This document shows, in pieces, positions 1-14,978 of a stretch of 64,000 bases of DNA. Made by a program: the position numbers and the translations under genes. The stretch comes from the human T2T-CHM13v2.0 reference genome, Homo sapiens. The notes beneath the pieces were generated by a model. The model saw nothing but the letters and a program-made list of their open reading frames with translations, had not been told where the DNA came from and ran no database searches. Position 1 is the first letter of the stretch. The number at the start of each line of letters is the position of its first letter. Location: the NCBI RefSeq assembly GCF_009914755.1, contig NC_060938.1; one strand, written 5' to 3'.

Positions 1-290
1 AAACTCCCAAAAATTATCTCCTCAAAACAAGTAAAGCTCATATGATTTTACTAATGAATTTTGTTAAATAGTTTTAGGCAAAGCAAAAAACTATTTTAAC
101 ACCAATTCTTCTTAAGAATAGAAAATGCAAAATGTATTGAGAATAACTAAAGAATAACTAAATAGTATCCTCTATTTACAAATTCAGTACTTTTACATTC
201 AAATTTTCAGTAGGTTTTAGAATTGCAAATTGGTAAGTTGATTTTAGAATATATGGGGAAATAAAATGAACCAAAAAAAGCCAAATTTTT

Positions 291-865
291 CATATTAGTT
301 TTCAACTGCTGCACAAGTTACCACAGACTTGGTGTCTTAAAATAACATGTATTTATTATTTCACAGTTTCTTTAGATCAGAAGTCCAGTTTGGCTGAGAT
401 CCCTGCTTACAGGATCATGAGTCTGAAACCAGGGTGCCAGCCAGGCTGCATACTTATCTGCAGGACTGTCCAGAGAATAATCCATTTCCAAACTCAATCA
501 GGTTATTAACAGAACTCAGTTCATTGTAGGTCCCTGTTTTCTTGCTGGCTCTTAGCTAGGGTGGCTCCTACATCCTAGAGGCTACTCTCATGTCCTAGCC
601 ATGCGGCCATATCACAACATGGCTTCTTACTTCCTAAGGCCAGCAAGTGAATCTTTCTCCAGTTTGCTATAGGATAGCCTTACACAATTTAATTTAATCA
701 AAGGAGAAACAATCCCATCATTTACTCTATATAACATAAACTGATAAAAAGAGTAATTACCTCATCATATTCATAGGTCCTGCTTCCACTCAATGAGAGG
801 GCACTATGGAGAATGTACATAACAGGGATTGGGAAACCAACCATCTTAGCATTCTGTCTGCTACA
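291..865 (-). mobile_element. MLT1-family (ERVL-MaLR) solo LTR inserted in an old L1M
   Basis: Starts 'tattagttttc..ctgctg..caagttaccacagacttggtgtcttaaaataaca' and ends 'ccatcttagcattctgtctgctaca', typical MLT1 termini. L1M-like sequence continues on both sides. Confidence 0.75.
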
Positions 866-2330
866 GTATTTCTTGAGAATAAGAATTAGGCTTCAGGGAC
901 CTACACTGCCAATCATAAAAGGTTATTATAGAGCTAATTAACAAAATGTATTAGTTGTTGAAGAATTGACAATTATAGTAACAAAAGAAAATTGAAGCAT
1001 AGGAAAAAGACACAGACATCAAGAACTGCTATTTGGTTTAAAGATGACAATGTGGTGCAGTAAAGAGAAGATGACATTTTCAATATAGAATGCTGTTTCA
1101 ATTGGATAATCACCTTGGAAAAATAATAAAAGCATAAACAAATCTTTACCTCCTACCTTACATCATATACAAAAATTAATTCCAATTGACTACATGTCTA
1201 AGTGTGAAAATTAAAACAATAATGTTTATGGAAGACAACATATGCAAATATTTTTAGAACCTTAGGTTAAGGAAAGATATTTTGTAGAGAAACGAAAGGC
1301 ATTATTCATCAAGAAATTGATAAATTTGTCTACCTTAATCTTATAATTTATATTTCTCAAGAATACCATTAGAAAGTGAAAATACAATTCACAAATTAGG
1401 AGAAGATACACTTATCCACGCTATATCAAGGACTTCTAGAAATCATTAAGAAAACAGTTATCTCTATTTTAAAAATTGGGTAGTAGACTTTTGGGGTAAA
1501 AAAAAAGAATATCTAAGCAGCTAATAAATGAAAATCTGTTTAAACGAATTATTAGTAACATGCTTAACCTAATTATTAGTACTCCATGATGTTATACTGG
1601 CATTCATCCAACAAAATAGCTAAAATTGAAAACAAAACAAATGAACAAAAAAACCCTGACAATTCCAAGTTTGGGGCAGTATATAGAGTAATTGGAAGTC
1701 TCATACATTGTCATTAGCAATGTAATTTGGTAAAATCACTTTGGAGAAGAGCACAATTGTGTCTAAAAAAGTCAGACAAATTTATAGCCTATGAATTTCC
1801 AGGAAATGTTAAGTCATTCAACTTCCTGGAAATTTCTTTTATATATGTATCAAAAGATACACAGAGAAAGATTTATAGCAGCCTATTTGCACTAGCCCCA
1901 ATTTGGAAGCAACCCAATTGTATATCAACAGTAGAATGGATAAGTAAATTATGGTATATTTTGACCTGTAATGGAATGCTAAAGGGCAATAAGAATGCAT
2001 GAACTGCTTTATTCAGGAAGTATGAATCTTGCAGATATTGAGCTGGACAAACTGTATGCAGGAAAGTGCATCACTCTATGATTCAATTTATATCAATTAT
2101 AGAAAAGGCATATGTAAGTGATAGAATTCAGGATAGAGGTTACTCTTGACAACGAAGGAAAAGAAACTAGAGGGCCATATGAGGGCCTCTTTGTGCTGAG
2201 AGTTCTGGGTCATATTTCTATGAGTATGTGCAGTTTGTGAACATTTACTGAACTGTACTTTTGTGATTTTTTTGTACTTCTCTCTATATATGATATATTT
2301 CAATTTGCATTATGTTTAAAAAAGTAATCT
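866..2330 (+). mobile_element. Ancient L1M (L1MC/ME-like) ORF2 3' part and 3' UTR fragment
   Basis: Degenerate L1 motifs: 'catcatatacaaaaattaattcc', 'ttggaagcaacccaattgtatatcaacagtagaatggataagtaaattatggtatatt'. The 1727-2002 ORF contains WKQPNC..EWISKLWYI, like the L1 ORF2 C-terminus. Confidence 0.7.
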
Positions 2331-2358
2331 TTAACTTTGTAGGGTAGGGTTTAAATAA

Positions 2359-2672
<314 letters not shown>

Positions 2673-4531
2673 TTGACTTAACTTTTGATTGGCATTAAAT
2701 CTGAGCATGCTTTGAGAAAGTCTTTGTTTAAGGGTAATACTTCAAATAATCTATCTGTTAATAAATTTAATTTGTATCTTAAATGCTGAAATCAAGCTTT
2801 ACACTGGTAGAGATAGAACGAAAGTAGAGACTAGCAATAGAATAGAGAGTACATGATGTGACTACAGATTATTCAGTTTAAATTGTGATACTGAGAGGCT
2901 TCTTGTCAGCCTGAACTTTGATGCTGACAGTAATTTCAAGCAATTTACTCTAAGTTTTTCCAAAGTGCACTGTACTTGCGGTCTCACGGGTATTATAACA
3001 CATTAATTTTATTCATTTTCCCCACAAGATGAAGGCAATATATGTTTGAAAAATCTACTATGTTAATTTGTGTAGTGCTTTAAAACTTTCACCTTGAATA
3101 CATGCAAATTTAATTTAAATTAAAATGTACAGTTAAAGTTGGATTTCGGATTTTTGTAATTTTGATTTAGTTTGTCCCTCCAGAAAACACATTTCTAATT
3201 AAGGAAGATATTGCTTGGTGGTGGTTTTGCATCGAATGCTCATAAGACAACTCTAATCTGGGTTATAACTTTTGACAAGCATTAGTTTCTATTCTATAGT
3301 AGTCTGACAGCTATGAGATTAGGAAAAAGTATTTCATCTTGAGAATACATTCTTAGTTCATTGATGCTTATTTCTGATACTTGTAAGCCAAATGACAAGT
3401 AAGCATTGTACTTCAATGGCCTCATTTTAAGAAATTTTTCTCTGCTTCTAAGAATATTAGTTATTGAATGCATAGAATTCATGAGTCATCCATCCATAAT
3501 AATCCAGAGTAGTGTGAAAAAACAGGGAATTATCTACTAAATTGAAAAGAAAAGACGATCCTACTATTTTTTTCTATACTAGGTTAAAGTCATGACACTA
3601 AGATTTTATACAATCAGTCTAGTAAATTATGATCAGTATATTTAAAAATTAAACAGATGAATAAAAATTATGAGATGCATCACATGTATTAAGATTAAAG
3701 ATTTTTATGTGAAAAAAATGTTTCCTTACACACATACACACAGACATAAACGCACATATTTATTACTTGGCTGCTCTTTAAAATATAAATCTTACTGAGT
3801 GTTATCATCTAAAATGTTTTAAAAGCACTGCATTACTGGCGTAAAAAATAGCATATGGAAAATACAGAGACAAGACAAAACACTATATTCAAGTAACTAT
3901 AATTAGTTTGGTGTGTCTAGATTGTAGAATACATTGTGGTAGGGAAATAAATGGAGAGAATATGTAGAAAGAAGCACCCATGATATATTTTTAATGCTCT
4001 ATGAGGAATTTGTGCTTTAAAAATTTGTTTTATCAGTAGGTCATGATGCTTCTCTGAAAATACAGACTGCTCTTTTCTTCAATCACACATAAAGGTTATA
4101 TTTTTAACAGTGTGGTGAAGTTAAGAGGCAGTGATGTTCTTAATATTTTATGTCTCATTCTAGGAATTCAGGGATTTCAACACAAGATGATGTGAGTAAT
4201 TTTTTTTTTAGCCTGTATACCTAGTGGAAAGGGACATTGTATGCCAGGGACAGCTGACACCTATCAAATAAAATGAGACAGACGTGAGCAGGTGAGGGGA
4301 GAGATACAATCCTTAAGCTCCAAAGTAGTTTACCTGAAGAGGAAGAGACTCACCTAGAGGAAGAAGGAGAGTGCTTCAAGTTGGTTTCGGAGCACATGAG
4401 ACCTGCTGGTGAGAATGAATGATTTGAGATGCTCCCTGTATGCCACATCCATTTGTTTTTAATCCAATCTCTGGAATAATTTGGATCAAAAGTTATAGAA
4501 TGAGGACTATAGAAAGTAAGAAAAATCATCC

Positions 4532-5438
4532 GGGTGGAGGAGCCAAGATGGCCGAATAGAAACAGCTCCGGTCTACGGCTCCCAGCGTGAGCGACGCAGA
4601 AGACAGGTGATTTCTGCATTTCCATCTGAGGTACCAGGTTCATCTCACTAGGGAGTGCCAGACAGTTGGCGCAGGTCAGTGGGTGCCTGCACCGTGCGCG
4701 AGCCTAAGCAGGGCGAGGCATTGCCTCACTTGGGAAGCGCAAGGGGTCAGCCAGTTCCCTTTTTGAGTCAAAGAAAGGGGTGACGGACGGCACCTGGAAA
4801 ATCGGGTCACTCCCACCCGAATACTGCGCTTTTACGACGGGCTTAAAAAACGGCGCACGACGAGATTATATCCGGCACCTGGCTTGGAGGGTCCTACGCC
4901 CACAGAGTCGCGCTGATTGCTAGCACAGCAGTCTGAGATCAAACTGCAAGGCGGCAGCGAGGCTGGGGGAGGGGCGCCTGCCATTGCCCAGGCTTGATTA
5001 GGTAAACAAAGCAGCCGGGAAGCTCGAACTGGGTGGAGCCCACCACAGCTCAAGGAGTCCTGCCTGCCTCTGTAGGCTCCACCTCTGGGGGCGGGGCACA
5101 GACAAAAAGACAGCAGTAACCTCTGCAGACTTAAATGTCCCTGTCTGACAGCTTTGAAGAGAGCACTGGTTCTCCCAGCATGCAGCTGGAGATCTGAGAA
5201 CCAGCAGACTGCCTCCTCAAGTGGGTCCCTGACCCCTGACCCCCAGGCAGCCTAACTGGGAGGCACCCCCCAGCAGGGGCACACTGACACTTCACAAGGC
5301 AGGGTATTCCAACAGACCTGCAGCTGAGGGTCCTCTCTGTTAGAAGGAAAACTAACAAACAGAAAGGACATCCACACCAAAAACCCATCTATACATCACC
5401 ATCATCATCAAAGACCAAAAGTAGATAAAACCACAAAG
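4532..5438 (+). promoter_or_regulatory. L1 5' UTR internal sense and antisense promoter, CpG-rich, YY1 site
   Basis: YY1 motif caagatggcc at 4544-4553; CpGs retained across about 4550-5030; the promoter function is established L1 biology. Confidence 0.85.
4832..4984 (-). pseudogene. ORF0: L1 ORF0, truncated to 50 aa
   Basis: MAGAPPPASLPPCSLISDCCASNQRDSVGVGPS... starts at 4984 (about L1 position 452) and stops after RRFLSPS; canonical ORF0 is 71 aa. Confidence 0.75.
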
Positions 5439-6455
5439 ATGGGGAAAAAAACAGAACAGAAAGCTGGAAACTCTAAAAAGCAGAGCACCTCTCCTCCTCC
5501 AAAGGAACGCAGTTCCTCACCAGCAATGGAACACAGCTGGATGGAGAATGACTTTGACGAGCTGAGAGAAGAAGGCTTCAGACGATCAAATTACTCTGAG
5601 CTACGGGAGGACATTCAAACCAAAGGCAAAGAAGTTGAAAACTTTGAAAAAAATTTAGAAGAATGTATAACTAGAATAACCAATACAGGGAAGTGCTTAA
5701 AGGAGCTGATGGAGCTGAAAACCAAGGCTCGAGAACTACGTGAAGAATGCAGAAGCCTCAGGAGCCAATGCGATCAACTGGAAGAAAGGGTATCAGCAAT
5801 GGAAGATGAAATGAATGAAATGAAGGGAGAAGGGAAGTATAGAGAAAAAAGAATAAAAAGAAATGAGCAAAGCCTCCAAGAAATATGGGACTATGTGAAA
5901 AGACCAAATCTACGTCTGATTGGTGTACCTGAAAGTGACGGGGAGAATGGAACCAAGTTGGAAAACACTCTGCAGGATATTATCCAGGAGAACTTCCCCA
6001 ATCTAGCAAGGCAGGCCAACGTTCAGATTCAGGAAATACAGAGAACGCCACAAAGATACTCCTCGAGAAGAGCAACTCCAAGACACATAATTGTCAGATT
6101 CACCAAAGTTGAAATGAAGGAAAAAATGTTAAGGGCAGCCAGAGAGAAAGGTCGGGTTACCCTCAAAGGGAAGCCCATCAGACTAACAGCAGATCTCTCG
6201 GCAGAAACCCTACAAGCCAGAAGAGAGTGGGGGCCAATATTCAACATTCTTAAAGAAAAGAATTTTCAACCCAGAATTTCATATCCAGCCACACTAAGCT
6301 TCATAAGTGAAGGAGAAATAAAATCCTTTACAGACAAGCAAATGCTGAGAGATTTTGTCACCACCAGGCCTGCCTTACAAGAGCTCCTGAAGGAAGCACT
6401 AAACATGGAAAGGAACAACCGGTACCAGCCACTGCAAAATCATGCCAAAATGTAA
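5439..6455 (+). CDS. L1 ORF1: L1 ORF1p RNA-binding chaperone, intact 338 aa
   Basis: Full 338-aa ORF ending RNNRYQPLQNHAKM; coiled coil, REKG and ARREW motifs present. Confidence 0.95.
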   Translation: MGKKTEQKAGNSKKQSTSPPPKERSSSPAMEHSWMENDFDELREEGFRRSNYSELREDIQTKGKEVENFEKNLEECITRITNTGKCLKELMELKTKARELREECRSLRSQCDQLEERVSAMEDEMNEMKGEGKYREKRIKRNEQSLQEIWDYVKRPNLRLIGVPESDGENGTKLENTLQDIIQENFPNLARQANVQIQEIQRTPQRYSSRRATPRHIIVRFTKVEMKEKMLRAAREKGRVTLKGKPIRLTADLSAETLQARREWGPIFNILKEKNFQPRISYPATLSFISEGEIKSFTDKQMLRDFVTTRPALQELLKEALNMERNNRYQPLQNHAKM

Positions 6456-6518
6456 AGACCATCGAGACTAGGAAGAAACTGCATCAACTAACGAGCAAAA
6501 TCACCAGCTAACATCATA

Positions 6519-10342
<3,824 letters not shown>

Positions 10343-12369
10343 ACAATGAGAATACATGGACACAGGAAGGGGAATATTACACTCTGGTGACTGTTGTGGG
10401 GTGGGGGGAGGGGCTAGGGATAGCATCGGGTGATATACCTAATGCTAGATGACGAGTTAGTGGGTGCAGCGCACCAGCATGGCACATGTATACATATGTA
10501 ACTAACCTGCACAATGTGCAGATGTACCCTAAAACTTAAAGTATAATAAAAAAATATATTAAATAAATAAATAAATAAATAAAAGTGCTTTAGCTAAAAA
10601 CAAACAAACAAAAAAGAAGTATTTGGTCTAAGAATAAGGACCTTCCCCCATCTTGACCACAAAAGCACTCTGCAGCTAGACAAATACATTAATGGGAATC
10701 AATATTGAATTAAAAATCATTTAACTTGTAAAAAAAAAAAAAGAAAAAAAGAAAAATCATCCAAGTACATGTACGTGGCTGTAAGAAACTAGTAGGCCCC
10801 TACTTTAACTCTATTAAATACCTTTAGTTGAATAATATTATAATTATAGAACCAAAACATAGGATTTTGACAAATATTTTTATTTTTGCGCTGAGAAGAT
10901 ATGCAAAGTTAAGGATAACTGGAAGAGTTGCCTTATAAGGCAGCAGCAGAAATAGCATCTAAGGCCAGGAGAAGAGAGGAAGTGATCCTGGGTGTACCTG
11001 ACCATAGGCATAATAAATAACAGAGAGAAAGGGACAGGAGAAGTGCATGGAAATGGGACCAGTATTCATTCATTTATTTATCAGTCATTTGTGGCACAAA
11101 GGATAATTATGTGGTACGTTTAACTCAATATTATTAGTTAAACCTTAATCTACAAGGAGCTTCAAAGTCATCGTGTTTTTTAATTACTCCTGCTCAGCAT
11201 CAATCTAAATATTATTAATAAAAAACATTGCTGTTGAGTATCTAATCAAATCCTCTGCACTGCAGTATATGATCCATTCCCTCATGGAAAATTTCTGTTT
11301 TGAAAACTGTTCCATTTGTTCATTTAGAGATGTTGCATTAAGCTTAAGCCTAAACCTAAGCCATTCTATTATATTTATTTGAATTGTTTCACTTTTGCAT
11401 ATCAATGTGTCCATTTAACTTTTATTGTGTTAATGGAGATTACTTACCTGAATATGTGAAACTTTTGCATCGTGATGTCTTAAGAGCAGCGGTCTCTTAT
11501 GCACAATTACCAGCTGAGCCTTCAGCAAACCAGCTGGCATACTCTGTAGACAAAAGGAGATATCAACACCTCAATTTGGCTATATTTCTGTTTGATATGG
11601 GCTGGAAATATTGTAAAAAATCTATATATATCCATATATAAATATATAAAAATAAATTTAAACATATCTTAGCTCAATGAGTATAATATTGTAAGTATTA
11701 AATCAAAAGTCAAGATCTTGACAAAAATGTTCATGTCTCAATGGAGCAGACAAAATCAAGGATAACTGGAAGATTTGCCTTGTGAAGCAGCAACAGAAAA
11801 ATGATCTAAAGCCAGGAATGGAGAAGTGAATATCTATCTATCTATCTAACTTACACATTCTTGTCAAAGTCATATTTACAGTCACTTCATAGATTGACAC
11901 ACACACAAAAAAAACCAGGACCTTTACTAAATGACAGGTGTATATACTTTTTTTGTCAAAACAAATTTCCTTGCCCTGTATTGCTAATTTTTAATTCATT
12001 TATGGTACTCATCAGATTGACATTGATTCACCCTATCATCCTCCTTAGTTGAGACCCCATTTTTTTCTATATTTTAGTCTACTATTTGAATATCTTTTCT
12101 TCTCACCATAAATACACATTAACACAAATTAACTGCTTAATCTGCCCATCCTTCATTTCTACCTTTATTTAGAGCTATATATGTCCGTAAGCATTAAAGT
12201 TGTGTTGTATGTGCTTTTAAATATATATGTACAATACATATTTAATACACACATTCTACTGCAACTTGCTTTTTCACTCAGCAATTTTTATTTACAATCT
12301 AGTGGAAAGAGAATGGTGAGAACAGCAGGAGGTATTTGAGTGTTACCTTAAGGTTCAAGCTTCTCTGAG

Positions 12370-12872
12370 ATTGCAAACTACCTCTCCCTACAAAAAAGTC
12401 AAGATATTTATGCATCAATACCCCTTAGCAATGTGACTGTTGGTAATCACATCAAAAGGTGAGTTTTACCTCTCAATCCCTTAAATCAAACTTTGACCAT
12501 GTAACTTGCTTTGACTAATGGGACCTTAGCAAATGTGACATAAGAAGGGGCATGAAAAGCGCTAGTGCACTAGACATTGGCTTCTCTTGCTACTTTTAGA
12601 ACTCAGACACTAAGGGAAGAAGCCTGACTTTGTTAGGTACTGGACATGTGACCTATTTGCCTCTGTCACTCTAACCAAACATCATACATGTGAATGAAGC
12701 CATCCAGACTGATCATCTTCAGCCAGCCAGCCAGCTGAGATGAGCAGAAGAATCCACAGCTATGCGCATCCCACATTGCCAATATACAGTACCAAGGGAC
12801 AAATTATTGTGATTTTATGCTATTAAAGTTCTAAGTGTATATCGCATATTGTAGCAAAAGTTAGACAGTACA
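12370..12872 (+). mobile_element. MLT1 (G/H-like) MaLR LTR
   Basis: 'ccccttagcaatgtgact...ccatgtaacttgctttgactaatggga...gtagcaaaagttagacagtaca' resembles old MLT1 LTRs. Confidence 0.6.
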
Positions 12873-12961
12873 TGTCTACTACTTATCTCTACCATTTGTA
12901 TTTCTCTCTGTGATATTGAGCTTTATTTTTAGCACATGGTAGAAATTTTCATTGTTTTATG

Positions 12962-12971
12962 TTTCTTTTTC

Positions 12972-13005
<34 letters not shown>

Positions 13006-13122
13006 GGAGACAACATGTTCCTGTATTGCCCAAGCTGTTCTTAAACTCCCAGATTCAAGCACTCCTCCTGCCTTGGTCTTCCAAAGTGCTGGGATTACTA
13101 GCATGAACCATCTCACTTTGTC
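12962..13122 (-). mobile_element. Alu monomer (FLAM-like) with (TTTTC)n/T tail
   Basis: 'gagaca...ttgcccaagctgttcttaaactcc...ccaaagtgctgggatta' is a single left monomer. Confidence 0.8.
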
Positions 13123-13571
13123 TTATTTTGCAATTTAATAACTGTTTTTAGATAACAGTCCATGGATTCATGGAAAAAAAGTACCTATTTAAAAAACTTA
13201 AATGTCTCATTCTGGTTTCAAATGAGTAAGCATGGACTGAAATTATGTCTTTCTTGCCAGAAGCACCCCACCTCCAAAAAAAAAAGCCAGCAAATCACAC
13301 TGTCAAAATGTCTGGTCCATATCTTAATATAGGGTGAATATATGACCATTTATCTGGCTCTGGACTACTAAGTAGAGATTTAAGACCTTGTAGACATTTT
13401 CCAGGAATGTAGGAAAAGATAATATAAAGTATAAAAAGATAAAAATGAATAGAGGAAGAAATGGAGGGAAGAAAGTGGAGGGTGAAGAATGGGAGACAGA
13501 GATGAAAAAGAGAGAAAATCAAGAGAAACAAATTATTGAGCATCTAGATAAGGCTTCTAGGTTATATAAGC

Positions 13572-13982
13572 TGTCTAGGTTTGCTAGGGATGCTGTAACA
13601 CAATACCACAGACTGGGTAATATATAAACAGTAAAAATGTATTTCTCATAGTAGTAGAAGCTTGGTAATTTAAGATTAAGGAACCAACAGATTTGGTGTT
13701 TCGTGAGGGCTGCTCTCTCCTTCCAAAATGGTGCCTCCCTTCTGTGTCCTCACATAATGGAAGGGCAAAAGGGAGGAATGGTGTATCCCCACATGGCAGA
13801 AGAGATGAAAGAATCAGGCAGCTCTCTGAAGCCACTTTTATAAGAGCATTAATCCCATTCATAAAAGCAGAGCCCTCATCCTCTAATAACCTCTCAAAAT
13901 CTCTACCTCTTAATACCATCACCTTGGGGTTTAAGTTCTCGCATATGAATTTTGGAGGGACACATACACTCAAGCCACAGCA
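13572..13982 (-). mobile_element. MLT1A/MSTD-type MaLR solo LTR
   Basis: TG...CA termini, 'gctgtaacacaataccacagactggg', 'atgaattttggagggacacatac'; 5-bp TSD taagc/taagt. Confidence 0.8.
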
Positions 13983-14108
13983 TAAGTCAATGCATTCTCT
14001 TATTTTGCTTATGAGAGTGTAAAATGAACTTCTCTCACAGGACTCTAAAAACATAGAGTCAAGCAGAAAATTGGTACTTGGATGTAGGTGTTTAAAAGGA
14101 CAGACAGT

Positions 14109-14295
14109 GGCTGAGTACAGTGGCTCATGCTTGTAATTCCAATGCTTTGGGAGGCCAGGATAGGAGGATTGCTTGAGGCAAGGAGTTGGAGGCTACAGTG
14201 AGCTTTGATAGTGTCACTGGAGTATAGCTTGGGTGACAGAGCAAGCCTATCTCTAAAATAGTAAAAAATAATATGAATAATAATAAATAAAAGAA
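14109..14295 (+). mobile_element. Old Alu monomer (FRAM/FAM or AluJ-derived)
   Basis: 'ggctgagtacagtggctcatgcttgtaattcc...ggaggattgcttgagg...gggtgacagagcaag' followed by an A-rich tail. Confidence 0.8.
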
Positions 14296-14978
14296 AAAAG
14301 TGACACAATGGAGATAAGATTAATGAATTACTCCCTAACTGTATCTATCTATATCATTTAACATTGCTGTATTTGACTTTCATTACATTTGTTTAATTAT
14401 AAATTTGAAAACCAAATTAATTTTAGTTATGATTATTGTTGTTTATTAATAAACACTATTGAAAAATATTTTTCTCTGAGTATAGTTTTGGGGAAAATCC
14501 TGTAAGCTTTGTCAGGTTTTTTTCATATTATATCCCTGAAAACTGCAATTTACAATTGGATTTATACTTTTAATTTAAAACTTAGTTAATGTATTGTCAT
14601 AGTTTTTTATTTAATAAAAAATTAAATATTATATGTTTTTCTTTGAGAATGTTATGTTGGAAAAATTCTATGAAACTTGATGGTTTGTTCTCATTATTTT
14701 TTATTTTAAAAATTTCTGTAAAGTTTAGATTTACTCATTGATCCCATTAGATGGATTATTTTTCCCTAAACAATCTTTTGTTTATAGTTTTGTGATTAAT
14801 TTTGTTGCTTGCATTACTTTATATTTTTAGAATTAGTCAATTTTATGTAAATATTCCACCTACACAAGAAAGCTAACTGTTTCTTAGAGGCAGAGTTTGA
14901 TATATTTTTACTTAATACAAAATATATTGTTTTGCTCATATGACATAAATTCTCAGTATTTTTTTACACTTAATCTGT

